From Camelus ferus (lineage: Eukaryota): a stretch of DNA of 64,000 bases. The notes beneath the pieces were generated by a model. The model ran no database searches, was not told the origin of the DNA, and saw nothing but the letters and a program-made list of their open reading frames with translations. Below are positions 36,930-50,090 of this stretch, in pieces (position 1 is the first letter of the stretch; each line of letters opens with the position of its first letter). The position numbers were made by a program, and so were the translations under genes. The stretch lies in NCBI RefSeq assembly GCF_009834535.1, contig NC_045696.1:104224001-104288000 (forward strand). The letters are read 5' to 3'.

Positions 36930-39900
36930 ACTTGGCATATAATAAAACATTATGAGACACATGAAGAAGCAGAAGAATGTGAATAACAGACAAAAGAAAA
37001 AACAGTCAGTAGAAACAGACCAACAAGTGGCTCAGAGGTCAGAATTAGCAGACAGGAACTTCAAAATAGCTATAGCAAATATGTTAAAGAAGCTACAGGA
37101 AAAGATACATACAGTGAGTAAAGAGATGGGAGAATTTCAGAGAAGATGTAAAAATTATAAAAGAACCAAGTGGAAATGCTAAAATTAAAAAAAAAAAATC
37201 TGAGAAACTCTTAACTGGACGGAACAACAGATTGGCACACAGCTGAAGAAAGGACTAATGAATATGAAGACATGTGAGTAAAAAGTCATCTGAACAGAAG
37301 CAGAGTTTCAAAGGGTAGAAAAATATTTAAACAGAGACTCAGTGAAATGTGAGGTAGCAGCGAGTGGTCTAAAGTACATGTAATTGCAGTTCCAGAAGGA
37401 AAGGAGAAAGAATAAGGCAGAAAAATATTTTGAAGAAGTGTTGACTGAAAAAATTTTAAAGTTGTTAAAAACAAAAACTCTCAAATCCAGGAAACTCAGC
37501 AAACTCTAAGCAAGATAGATAAAAGGAAAATCATTCTCAGACACATCATTGTCAAACTGCTGAAAAGTGAAGATAAAGAAAAAATCTTGAGGTATCTAGA
37601 GAAAGATGATTCAGTATATACAGGACAACAATGATCCAAAACTGTTGCACTGCTCAAAATGCTAAAGGGAGTTCTTTAGGCTGAAGGAAAAGGAGACTAG
37701 ATAGAAACTCAGATATTCAGAAAGGAATGAAAAACATTAGAATGGTAAACCTGAAAGAGGAAAAACCATTTTCCTCTTAATTAAAAGAATAGTTATGACA
37801 ATTTAAAGTAAATTTATTAGCTCACGATTTTGTAGGTTTGAAGTCCAGCCTGGCTCAGATGGATTCTCTTCCTGGGGCCTCACAAGGCCAAAATCCAGGT
37901 GTTGGTTGGGCTGAGCTTGTATTTGGAAGCCTAGGAGAGAATCTACTTCTCAGCTCACATGGTTTGTTTGTGAAATTCAGTTTCTTGCAGTTCTAAGACT
38001 GAGGCCCCTATTTCTTTGCTGGCTGTCAGTTCCTAAAAGCTGTCCTTGGTACTTGGCCCTCTCCATTTTAGAGGGAGCAATGGTGCATTAAATTCCTCCT
38101 CTCACTACATATCTCTTTCCCCCTCTTTTGCCAGATAACACACTCTGTTTTTTAAAAGACTCATCTGATTGGGTCAAGCCCACCTGGATAATCTCTGTAT
38201 CTTAAAGTGAACTGACTTGGAACTTTAATTACACCTGCAAAATCTCTTCACAGCAGTACCTGGATTAGTTTTTGATTTAGTAATTGGGGGATGGAAATCC
38301 TGGGGGGACCATGTTTAAAATCTGCCTACCTCAGTAGATAAACAGACCTGTATTGTTGCGAGGTTTCTACAATTTACCTGAAATGGTATGATGTTAACTC
38401 TAAGTAGACTGAAAAATTAAGGATGTGTATTGTAATCCCTATTACAAACACTAAAAAATATAATTAAAAGAGACATGGTTAGAAAGCCAAAGAAAAATTC
38501 TAAAAATTATTAAATTAATCCAAAATAAAGCAGGAAAGGAGGAGCAGAGGAAAAATAAACAGAGGACAGAAACAGAAATCACATAAAAATGGTTAATCAC
38601 TATTCAAAAATAAAATGAATGAATTGATACATACAACAACATGGATAAATCTTTAAATTCACCCAGAATAATCCTCAAAAAAGAGTGCATACTGTGAATC
38701 TTTATTTTCTATTTATATCTCTGTCCATCTGTAAAATCCTATTTATATGAAGTACTAAAGTACCAAGCTGAATCTGAGTGGAAAAAAATAAGCAGTTGTT
38801 GCCTTGGTGGGAAAGGGACAGGGACTTAGCTGGAAGGGCATAAGGAAATTCTCCTGGGTGATAGTTATGTTATGTCTCTTGAAAGAGATTTGAGTTGAAT
38901 GTGTGTATGTATGTCAGATTCATCAGATGGTACACTTAAGATTTGTGAGTTTTACCTTTTAGGTAAAATTTTTAGAAAAAAGTAAATTAATATTGACTGT
39001 AATTATGATTCATATACTAAAGTATTTAGGGTGAAGTTTACTGATTCCTGCAACTTGTATAAAAAATAAGGTGAATGATGGATAGATAGAGAGATAGTAA
39101 ATATATAATAAAACAATTATAATCAAATCAATTGTAGAAGCCAGGTAGTGAATATATGGTATAATTTTTTCAAATTTCCTGTACATTGAAAGATTTTATA
39201 ATGAAAAATTGGTAGAAATGAAGGTGAAACAAAATATTTTCAGGTAAAAGCTGAGAAAATTTATTGCTAGCAGACCTACATTATAATATATGCTAAGAAA
39301 GTTTTTCAGGTGGAAGGGAAACGATACCAGGTGAAAATTTGAATCTCTAAGGAGGAAAGAAGAATACTGGAAATAGTAAATAGCACATACTGTTTTTCTT
39401 TATTATCTATGTTCCTTAAAGCCAATTGACTGTTTGAAGCAAAAGTGATAAATATATTGTGGCATTTAAAATATATATAGAAGTGAAATATACAACACCA
39501 ATAGTACAAAGTCAGGAGGGTGTGTAAAGAGAATTATACTTTGTAAATTTCTTTATTTTAAAGAAAGTGGTGTAATATTAATTCCAGACAGACTATGATC
39601 AGGATACATATTTTAATTATGAGAGCAACCACAAAACATAAACAAAAAGAGTTATAAGTTAAATAGCCAATGGATGGAATGTAGAACTGAAAAATGCTTG
39701 ATGAACCCGAATGAAAGGAGGAAAAGAGGAAGAAAGAATAGAGTAGATAAGTAGAAAAAAAGAATTACATTAAATGTAAATGGCCTAAACATACTGTTTA
39801 AAAGGCAGAGATTCTCAGGCCAGATAAGAAAGCAAGACCTAAATTTATGCTTTTTAAAAAATACACGCTTGAAATACAAAGACACAAGCAGGTTAAAGTA

Positions 39901-40010
39901 GAAGGAAGGAAAATATATGCCATGCAAATACTAAGCATAAGAAAACTAGTGTGGGTATATTCCTATCCCATAAAGAGCATTACCAGAAATAAAACAGATC
40001 ATTTCATAGT
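36930..40010 (+). mobile_element. Sense-strand L1 mosaic (ORF1, inter-ORF, ORF2 endonuclease start, 3' UTR pieces)
   Basis: ORF 36952..37182 MKKQKNV...ELADRNFKIAIANMLKKL resembles the ORF1 N-terminus; ACATTAAATGTAAATGGCCTAAA = TLNVNGL of ORF2 EN at ~39767; the ORF1 end occurs twice (~37650 and ~39290). Confidence 0.85.
37795..38333 (-). mobile_element. MaLR LTR (MLT1-type) inserted in L1
   Basis: ATTTATTAGCTCACGATTTTGTAGG...GAATCTACTTC...CCCACCTGGATAATCTC...TTAATTACACCTGCAAAATC...CTGCCTACC. Confidence 0.8.
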
Positions 40011-40382
40011 GAGAAGCTGCATTTTGGTTTAAACATCTCTAACAAGGATTCTGAATTTCAGTCAGAATATTTGCCTAAATCAGCTGCTTTGTGTTTGAGT
40101 TCTGCATTTTTTATTTCTCTTCCTTCCACATCTCATCTAACTCCTTCCTCTCTAATGTCATTAATTTGTTATGAAGTACTTTTACCATTTTTATTTCTTG
40201 AAAAACTAATTTGCAAACATAAAATAAAAATTTAATTAATTGCCTGTTGTTTCATTCTTGTAACAATACATCTGCTTTCTTTTTATCTTGTCCCTCTGTG
40301 GTCCTGATAGCATGGATACAATTTTGTGTTCTGGTCATTCTCTTAAACCAGTAAAACACCTTGTTTATGTTGCATATAATTA

Positions 40383-40630
40383 CAGCAAGGTTTATCAAAC
40401 TTGGTGCGCTTGATATTTTCCACTTTTTTGGATATTGGATATTTCCAATTTTCAAAAAAATTGATCATTATTTGTTGTGGGGAGCTGTCCTGTGCATTGT
40501 AGGTAGCTTAGTAGCACCTCTGACCTCTAATCGGTAGATTCCAGTAGACCCCAACTTTCTAGTTGTGACAGTCAAAAATGTCTTGAGACATTGCCAAAAG
40601 TTCCCTGGGAGGTTAAAAATAACCACTAAA
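40383..40630. mobile_element. MER20 hAT-Charlie element
   Basis: TTGTTGTGGGGAGCTGTCCTGTGCATTGTAGG...AGTTGTGACAGTCAAAAATGTCTTGAGACATTGCCAAA. Confidence 0.88.
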
Positions 40631-41019
40631 TTCAGGGAGTCATTTTTATTCACTGCCTAACATTATATACATTTAGTTAAAGACTCATACTTCGCCAAAA
40701 TATTTCCTATTAATGGACATCTATATTATTTCCAACATTTTGCCTTTCTAATTTGCACTACAAGAGGCATGCTCGTGGCCCTTTCTTTCTTCTAGGCTGT
40801 TTATTTCCTTTAGGGTAAATCCCTGGGAGTGAGGTGAATGGGTTCAAGGGCATTTTGCTTTTGAGGATTGGAGGACAAGAGTGATCCTTAGAATGATCGA
40901 AAACTGGGGCTTTCCATGGTTTCATGCCCTGAATTAGTCCCTTGCCAATATAAATCACCAGAATCATTTAGAACCCATCTGTGTCACTGAGAAAGGTGCT
41001 AGGTGACTTATACACTTTG

Positions 41020-41350
41020 GTGCGGGGTCGACAAGTTAGTTATCTGAGCTATAAATTACTACAATGATCCATAAATCAGATCTGTATTATATAAATCAAA
41101 AGACACAGACGTACGATGGGAATTTAAGAATACTAATTTATAAAACGCATTATGATAGATTGGACCATGCAATAAAGGAAAACGGTGGCACATCCATCAG
41201 TGCCTCCTCACCTGAGGAGATATTAGATGCCCAGACTGGCAGCAAGGGTGCCAGGAAGTAAAGTCGAGAGACTCTGCGTGAAAGAGGAGTAGGGGAAAAT
41301 GTTAGTGGTTCCTGCAGAACAAAGAGATTGCCGATGTATATTTTAACTTT
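41020..41350. promoter_or_regulatory. Candidate developmental enhancer (Pbx-Hox/Hox/SOX motif cluster)
   Basis: Repeat-free block retaining CpGs; CCATAAATCA (41069-41078, reverse TGATTTATGG), ATAAATCA (41091-41098), ACAATG, TTTATAAAA, CAATAAA. Confidence 0.5.
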
Positions 41351-41449
41351 CAAGAAACTTCTAAAGTGCAGTTTTTCATTTCTGTATTTTTTTTTCCCTT
41401 CAAAGTGTCTAGTACCATTGGATTAGGGGTTGAAACCTGAGTTTAGAAA

Positions 41450-41815
41450 GTAGCCAAGCTTTTCCTTGCCTCTGTGTGTGCTGCTGCTCCAGCCTGGAAT
41501 TCCCTCCGGAGAGTTCTCTTTCTTCTTCACTTATATTCATCCTCTGGTTCTCAGTTTAAATATCCTTTCCTCTGGAATACCTTCCCCTACACCCCCTACT
41601 GGATCAGGTCATCCTGTCAAGGGCTCCGGTTGCTCCCAGCCTCCTCATTGCTAATGTCTCCATTCCCATCCATTGTTCATGTGCACGGTTGCTTTCCTTC
41701 ACTAGAGCATAAGTTCCAGAAGGAAAACAGTGTCTCGTCCTCCGCCGTATCTCCAGCGCCTAGTGCATTGCCACAGATGACACAAGCTAGTGTTGCTGGA
41801 ATAAATGAATGACAG
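41450..41815 (+). mobile_element. L2 3' end
   Basis: GCTGCTCCAGCCTGGAAT...CACTAGAGCATAAGTTCCAG...TCTCCAGCGCCTAG...TGTTGCTGGAATAAATGAATG. Confidence 0.8.
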
Positions 41816-42568
41816 GGGAAAGGAAGGTCCCACAGCTATAGGCTCGGGGCTGGGAGATGCTGTCTCTGGCAGATTCTGGGTCAGTGATGCATAGGGTAGT
41901 ATTTTCTAAACTTCCTCACCTGTTTTATGAGAACATATTAAATATTCTAACAAAAAGAATGTTTGTGGGCAGGTAAGTTTAAAAAAGTTGCATATTTCAT
42001 CCCCATTAGGAGAGTTAAGAAGCTCACCATCATAAGAAAGTCTCTGCAGAGTCTTCTTGTTAAAAATGTTATATATTGTTTCACTGGGGTCAAGGTTTCC
42101 AAACAGTTGTGAGTTTTGCTGGATCCAATCACCAGCCCCTGATCAAAACAGATTTCTTAGGTGTTTCATGGGCTCCCCAACCTGGACAAGGTGATGCCAG
42201 GGACATAGGCTACACACTCCTTTCCCACCAAGAGATCGTGTCTTGTTGGGGATACACATACTTACCTACTGGAATCTTAGTCTGAACTCTCTGGGATACA
42301 AAGCAAAAATTTATTTTTTTTCCAACTACAGCCTTTAAACCTGTCTGTCTCTTTTCCCTTCTCACCTCTTGATGACAGTTCCCACAGACCCTGTGATCTT
42401 ATGTTCCCTTTGGCCATGGGAACAGTCATCTTGACAGTCGAGACTCACGTTCAGACAGCAGCAAGTCCTTTCTGGTCAAGTCATCGCATCAGCCTCCTTC
42501 CCATCCAAAGCCTCTCCTTGCCCAGCTCAGCTGTGACCTGTGACTGAGGTCTTCCTTCATTCACTCTT

Positions 42569-42721
42569 TTTTTTTTCCTAATATATTTTCTTTTTTCAGA
42601 TAGTGAAAGTTTTTTGGTTTTGTTTGTTTGTTTGTTTAATATTTAAAACCAGGATTGAACCCAGAACCTCGTGCATGGTAGGCACACACTCTACTACTGA
42701 GCTACATCCACCCCCCCCCCC
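42569..42721 (-). mobile_element. tRNA-Ala-derived SINE (vic-1-like)
   Basis: GGATTGAACCCAGAACCTCGTGCATG...CTCTACTACTGAGCTACA; TSD CATTCACTCTT at 42558-42568 and 42722-42732. Confidence 0.88.
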
Positions 42722-45700
42722 CATTCACTCTTCATCTTCACCTCTGCTGGGGTGGGCAGGAGGAAGGGGGATTAAAGACAAGGGCCACAGCCTTTTTGCT
42801 TACTGGGTCTGCAGTTGTGGTCCCTTCTCGGCTCATAGGGGCTGGCCTTATATGGTCTCCAGGGACATGCTGGCTTTCTTGCAGGTAAATATGTGGACTT
42901 TTCTGAAGTCCCTCAGGAGGGAACACCTCACTGCCCAGGTCCCTGACCTCTTGTGATGCTCCTGCCCCCGACAGGCTCTTCCTGGTGGAGCCCCTTGCCC
43001 CAGCAGCCTGCCCCCTGGGGTGGTGCCAGCCCATTTCCTTCCATGGCACTGGCTTGGCCCATGGGAGGGGCATCCCTGTCCCTCCAAACTCTGTGGCTCT
43101 CTCACCTCATGGGGCTGTTGGGGGCTGCTCTGCTTAGCCCCCCACCTTCAGAGTTCTCCATGTGACTCCCAAGAGACTGGCCCCTCTCTCCCAAAGTCCA
43201 GGCAAACCATGGCCATGCCTCCCACAGACCTTCTCACCCCTTCTCCCCACCTTCTCACCAGGGCAGGCTGGAGAAAGATGTCCCGGCTCCCTTTCGACCA
43301 TACCCTCCACCTTTCCAACTGGTGCCCAAGAGCCCTTCTCACCTGGCTCGGTCAGACCGGAACACCCACATCCCTCTTCACAGCCATTTCGTGCAAGGAC
43401 TCCCACTCCCATCCTGACCGCCTTTGACCTTCTAGGCTGTGTATATGGAGGTGGGGTGGAGTGCTGGGATCTGGCTTTTAGGACCACTAGGTCGTTTCTT
43501 AACAAGCACCTTGGGGCTTTCTTCATAATTAGGTGCACTTAACACTGAGGATCCTCAGCCGTGGGGCTGTGATTCTGAGCTATAAGCGTAACATCTCATT
43601 TATCCTTCTGTTCATTCCCAGATGGATGGGTGGCATCAGACCGCACATGACAATGGACTTGGCTGAGGGTCTTTGCTCAAGGGATGTCCAGAGACAGGAC
43701 AGGACCACAGATCTGGGTGACCAGGGACATTTCCTGAGGGAATTGGGGCCTGATCTGAGCCTCAAAGGATTTTTTTTAACTTAAAAAATTACATTATCAA
43801 AGTTATATATGCTTCTTATAAAAAAATAACCACAAGATAAAATAAAACTCCCTTTCCTCCAGTCTCACTTTCCCAGGATAACCTCTCATAACAGTTAGCT
43901 CTGTATTGCCCCAGGCCTTTTAAAATGTATATATAAACACACACATGTGAACCACAAATAAAGCACAAGATTCATTTTCTTTAAGATCATCCCATGTGTC
44001 CTGGCTGGAAGGATTTTGAACAGCCATCCATCAGTCATCTGTGTGTAGCTGAGCCTTGGTGTGACACTGTGATAGTCACCAAAGGCAAGGAGATAAGACA
44101 GGCTAGCCAGGCTTGGAGAAACAGGGCTGCTGGGTATGGCTGTGCTGCCTGTGCTCGGTCCAAGGGCACCTGCCTGTGTCCTGTTCCCCAAGCACGTGTC
44201 CTGGCTGCGTGCATCCCCGGAAGGGGCCCTGGAGGGAGGGATGCCCTTTCCTGATTACAAAAAAGGCACTGGCTCCCTGAGAAAGGTCCAGGTTACCAGT
44301 GGAGCCAGAGATGGGAACAGACCACTCTAATGCTGGAGCAAGGCTGGAGGGGGACCCAAGGCCATGTGGGTGGGTGTACCAAGGGAGCATGAGCTGTGAG
44401 GCTGGGGACCTCCAGGGACTCAGAAGAACACTTAGCTCCTGCCTCTGGGAGCTGACAGTTTACCTGGGGTGGAACTCACGCACCTGAGATACATGGAAAC
44501 AAATTGACCAAACAGACAGTGATGACGTGTTGGAGTGTGCAATACAGTTGGTATTGTAGACCTCAGGCTTCTGAGGGGTGACACGCTCATCCAGGCTTTC
44601 TGATGGTCTGTGTTCCTCCTCTGCTCAAAACCCTTCACTGGTCTGTCTCCCATCACTTTCAGGAGAAAGAAAACCCAAACTTCTTTGCAGGGCACATAAG
44701 GGGGGCCCTTTGAGACCCAAACCCTGCCCATCACTCCAGCCCCGTTTCCTGGTCCTTGGGTGTTCCAGGACCCTCCACTCACATGGAGCCTCTCAGAGTC
44801 CCTGAAAGCACCCTGCCCTCAGAGCTCTGCTGTCTCTTGGCCTTGGCACACGCTGGTCTCTGTCTGGATGCTCTTCTGTGCCCCCCGCTGCCCCTCCGTC
44901 TGTCTGGCTAACTCTTACTTGGTTCCTAACTATGGTGATGTCCATGGGGTTTGGGATTTCCTCCTTACAAAACACTGTGGATTTTTCTTTTAGTTTAAGT
45001 GGAATTAGGATCAGCCCAGCTGGTGACATACTTTCTCCTCTTCTGCCATTCATCCCTAAAACTTCCTGGCAGACAGAGAGGAGAAAGGAGGTCCAGATAA
45101 CCCAGCATGGGTCTCAGAGAGGGAGGCTTGCAGGAAGACATATTGAGCCTTTGTCCAAATTAAGCTTTACAGGCAGCGACAAACCATTACACGCTCTGTT
45201 GAGGTAGAAAATGGCATTTTTCTTTAAGCTCCGTTATGTTTGAAAGTTATTTGAATAATAGTATACTCGTACATCCAGATCAACTCCTGGTTAGAATAAC
45301 TCTATGCTTTTGCAACATAGCCTTCGCTGACACACATTTTTAATCTTGGTGGAATATCATTCCATCTGCTGACACCATTCAGTTTCAGTGTTCATTTGTA
45401 GCCGGAATTAACATCAATGAGCTCCTAATTGTGTTTTTGTGAATCAAGCCTAGGAAAAAAACTTTAAAATTTTGCCTAGAAAAGAAAATAGACTTCTTAT
45501 ACATACAGTGTCTTCTGGGTAGCCTGGAAAGCCTGAGATTGCTTCGATCAGCTGAGCAGGTTAGGCTATTTGTGCCAGTGTTTGCTACGAGTGATGGATA
45601 GATTTTCCTTCCTGGGCATCGAGGATGGTGGATGATGAAAAATGGTGACCCTGCTGCTGGCCCAGGACCCTTCCTTCTGCCCTGCTGCACCCATCTCCTG

Positions 45701-47158
45701 CCTTGGGAAGTCCACCAGGTGAGACCGTTGTAATGGCTGTTCCAACCCAAACAGTGAAGACCTATCAGGGGAGCTACCTATTTGTATCCAATTGTGTTAA
45801 CTTCCCATGAATGTGCTTTTTTCTGCTCTGCTCTTAACTTCCTTTGATGGATGATATAAGAAACTGATAGGCAAAGCCCTCCATGGTATTTACTGTAGCT
45901 TGTTGGTGAGGGTATTGTCCACTAAATCAGGGGACCTTGTTTGAAGAGCTGTATGAGAAATTTAAAGCTTGAGTACAAGAAAGGCATTGTTTCATCTGGA
46001 AGACTACTATGCTTTATTTTTCAAGGACAGATTCAATTTTGTAATTGATTGTCTTGCTTTGGCTGCCAGGAAACTCAGAGTCATATTTGTAGTCCAATTT
46101 TCGACCAGTAAATAACCCTGTGAACCCCATATTTATGTATGCCGTCCTTTGATTCATCTTTCTATTTTATTTCTACTTCTTTTCTGATTTTATTTGATGT
46201 ATATTTATATTCATATCTCCAGCTCTGGCCCCTTCTATCAAGCATACAGAATGAGTAGGACCCAATAGTGTGCTAGCAGGAGATAAGTATTTATATGCAT
46301 TAATTTTTTTCTACCACTGTCTGATCAGATCTGCTCTGTGGATTATCCTTTCTTGCACCTTGATGAAATCACTGTGAAGTTCCATAATTTTTCTTGTCAC
46401 TTTGAGGGAAAAATATCTTTTGTTCACTTTCAATCACAAGAACTGTCTCATCTTAATAGTGACAATGTTCACTCCAGGAAAGTAACCAAACTTCAGAACT
46501 TTCTTCCAGGTTAAACTTCTCCAGCTTTGAGCTCACTTTTAGACAGGAACCTTGTCATAGAGTTATGGACGGGGTGGGGGGGTGGGGGTGCAGTCAGCAT
46601 CTCCTTTACCCTGAATTGCTCTTCTAACCACCCCTACCCTCTTCCTCATATTGCCTCTTGCTCCTTTTGAGTTGGATGGAAGATAAATGGCAGGGAAGCC
46701 CTTACCTGGCTGAGGTTGCCTTGTCCTGAGATAAAAAGCAGTCTTGGTCTTTCCAATACGACCCATTCCACTTCCATAATGAAGCCCAGGGATTGAGATA
46801 AAACACATTTCTCTGCCCTGCTGTTGGTGAAGGGCAGTTTGCTTCTAGGCCACTCCAAGCAAAATCCCTCATACTCTTCTTTAGACCAAGGTGTTTCACC
46901 TGTCTCTGTCACATACTAAAAGCACAGGGCAAACTCTCCACATGGTTCCTGCAGTTTCTTTTTTGGATCTTCTTGACTTTATAATTTGGATGTAGGCACT
47001 CAAAGAGGAACCTAGGAGGGTTTGGTGAAGGGTCTATGGACCCAGATACCAGCATGATGTCCCGAAGAGAGCAGGGGAGGCAGTGGTGGACTTGTGAATG
47101 ATTGGCTGCTGGACAGATGTGGTGGCTAAGAGGAACCAGCCATAACCAGATGTAGGTG

Positions 47159-47606
47159 TGTTATGGGTGGAATTGTGTCTCCTCAAAAGATATGTAGTAA
47201 CCCTCAGTATTCTGTGAATGTGACCTTAATTGGGCGACATTAATTGGGAATGGGGTCTTTATAGACGAATCAAGTTAAGATGAGGTCATCAGGGTGGGCC
47301 ATAATCCAGTATGACTGAAGACAGAGAGACAAATCCAGATCGAGAGCGGATAATGCCAGGTGAAGATGGAGGCAGAGACTGGAGCAACGCATCTATAAGC
47401 CAAGGAACACCAAGGATTGCTGACAACCACCAGAAACTAGGAGAAAAGCACGGGACATGTTCTCTCTCGAGCCCCCAGTGGGAGCCAGACCTGGCGACAT
47501 CTTGATTTAGACGTCCATTCTCCAGAACTGTGACAGAATACGTTTCTGTTCTTTTAAGTCAGCCGTCTCTGGTAATCTGTTATGGCGGCCCTAGGGAACC
47601 CACACA
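47159..47606 (+). mobile_element. MaLR solo LTR (MLT1B/C-like)
   Basis: TGTTATGGG...TTAAGATGAGGTCAT...AAGCCAAGGAACACCAAGGATTGC...CTCCAGAACTGTGA...CACA; near-TSD AGGTG/GGGTG. Confidence 0.88.
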
Positions 47607-48638
47607 GGGTGGGGTGGAAGAATTCCTTCAGCTCTGTTCTCCTGACTTCTCTCATGATGGTGTCTCTCACTGGACAGACCACTCCCCACCCCAAACCCCC
47701 AGCAGCCAGAGAGCAAAGGAGGGGCCCTGCAGTCACCAGTGGCCAGCCTCGGGGCACAGGGCAGGGCTGGGAGTGGAGGGAGTGTGGTTCTAGGTGGAGA
47801 ATAAACACAGCCGGCCCTGCCTCTGGCTTCCATCTTGTTCAAGTTCAGAGTCAGGGGTGGCAGGGGATCAATCCCAAGGGCACTAGAGAAACAGCTGCCT
47901 TGACAATTCTTTTCTGCCCTTTGAATTTGGTTCTTTTGTGAACACAAGAAGCTGCATCTGGGATCAGAAGTTGGCTTTGCCAGGAGAATAATGTTATAAA
48001 CAGGTGAGGAGCGCTAAGTACATGCTGAGGAAGGCGAGATGTGCAGGCTAAGAGGCTGGGGAACAATGAACACAAAATGCTGTTCAACCTTATTTGTAAG
48101 CCGGCAAACTCAAGTCAAAACAGCACCTAGATGAATCAATCGTCACCCTTTGGGTTGGCTGGCTCCCAGGGCCGGTAGCACTGGGGGAAGGCTGGTCCTT
48201 CACTGCTGCTTGCAGGGCTGGCTGTGGATTCCGTGAGGTGTATAGACCCAGCACAGTGCTGGCACATAGTAGGTGCTCGGTGAATATGATTTCCTCTCTT
48301 CCTGCTCAGCCCTTTTCCCCACCTCCCCTGACTGGCGTTGTAAATAGGACATTGAACACTCAAGGTGCACCATCCGTGTGTCAGTGCGTCCGTGATGCGC
48401 AATGTTTACCTGGACTGAGGGAAACCCTTGTTGCTTTCACACCGCATGCCCTCGGCAGTACCTACTTCTGGGGCAGAGTGAGCACTGTCAGGGGAAACCT
48501 GACCAGATTCCATCACACGGGTCTCAAGGGAAGTGGAAGAGTGGAGTGAGGGCTGAGAGTTAAGAACAACATTTGTACTTGGTGACAGCTGCATCAGAAT
48601 TGTAGTCCTGCTGAGGGAGCCCATAAAATTTTGGTAAG

Positions 48639-49251
48639 TGTAACTGCAGTGGGTGCTCCGCTCATACCTCTTCAGTTGCTTTCACCATGTCCACCTGTGC
48701 CAGCCTGACGGCCAGGAGCCAGCACCTGCGTCTTTCTTGGGGTTACCCTTGGCCTACCGGAGCCTCCTGTGTCCCTGTGCACTGCTGGCTGGAAGTGCTT
48801 ATGAATTAACTTCCCCTGGGGTCAGCTTTTAACCAGCGCTGGTGAATACTGAAGCAGGAGTCTTCCAGCCCCATTGAGCTTTGGCCTGGATAATTCTGAG
48901 CCATATTTTTGTGTCGTTTTTCAGAGTTTTCCCATGAGATTATGTTTTTTTGGAGGGGGGAGGGTTGTTAGGTTTATTTATTTATGTTGATAGAGGGACT
49001 AGGAATTGAACTCAGGACCTTGTGCATGCCTAGCACACACTCTACCACTGAGCTATGCCCTCCTCCTCCCGTGAGATGAAACTTTAGTCTTCTCTTGTGA
49101 TTGTTGGCTTTAATAATGTGCCTTTACTCACGGCCTTCCCCTCCCGTCACTACTAGCCCTCTCTGCTACCCTGTTCCTTGTACTTCCTCTGCATGGTTTG
49201 TCCTCCAACGCTTGGCTCAGGGTGTGCTTCTGGGACAATCCAAACTAAGAC
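48639..49251 (+). mobile_element. ERVL LTR (LTR16-like) interrupted by a SINE
   Basis: 3' terminus GGCTCAGGGTGTGCTTCTGGGACAATCCAAACTAAGACA; GGATAATTCTGAG internal motif; 5' boundary uncertain. Confidence 0.6.
48941..49067 (-). mobile_element. tRNA-Ala-derived SINE (vic-1-like)
   Basis: GGAATTGAACTCAGGACCTTGTGCATGC...CTCTACCACTGAGCTATGCCCTCC; near-TSD CCCATGAGAT / CCCGTGAGAT. Confidence 0.87.
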
Positions 49252-49718
49252 AGATGGTAGGCTTGGCCTCCTGAGTCTGTGCCCTTCATATGCTGCCCCT
49301 TCGGGGAGTCAGGGATCAGGCTAACTTTGGCCACTTGCTTCTTGCTTTTTGTGCTGACTCATCACCAAAACTGCATTGCTCACTCCCAACCTCAACATAA
49401 TGAAAACGTGTATCTAGTACTTGTTATGCGCCACGCACTATTCTAAGCATGTGAACTAACTCATTAAATCCTTAGAAGCCCTACGGAGTAAGTAGGTGTG
49501 ACTGTGGGCTCCAATGAAGAGACCTAAAAACACAGGGCAAGCTAGTGGGGCTCCAAGCCAGTCTTGTGACTTCAGATTATGCTTTTTCCCACTGTACACT
49601 CACAGTATATGAAGTGTGCTCTGAGCTTTCCTGAGAATCTGGAGTATAGTCACTGAGTCCTTTTGTGGAGGTTATTGGCCATCCATGGAGGGGTTGAGGG
49701 ATAAAAGATAAGGGAAGG

Positions 49719-50090
49719 TGTTAAGATTGAATGTTTTGTGTTTCCTCAAACTCATATGTTGAAGCTCTAACACTCAGTATGATGGTATTTAATGGTGGGG
49801 CCTTTGGGAGGTAACTGGATTTAGGTATTTCGAGGTCATGAGGGTGGGGCCTCTGTGATGGGATTCCTGTCCTTACAAGAAGAGGAAGGACCAGAGCTCT
49901 GGCTCTTTCCACCGTGTGAGGAAACAGCGAGAAGCTGGCCATCTGTAATCCAGGAAGAGGCTCTCACCAGGAACCAGATCTGCCAGCACCTTGACCTTGG
50001 TCTTAGCCTCCAGATCTGTGAGGAAAAAAATGTCTGTTGTTTAAGCCACTCAGTGCATGATACTTTGTTAGAGCAGCCTGAACCAAGACA
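49719..50090 (+). mobile_element. MaLR solo LTR (MLT1A-like)
   Basis: TG...AAGACA termini; CTCATATGTTGAAGC; GAGGTCATGAGGGTGGGGCC; perfect TSD GAAGG at 49714-49718 and 50091-50095. Confidence 0.93.
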
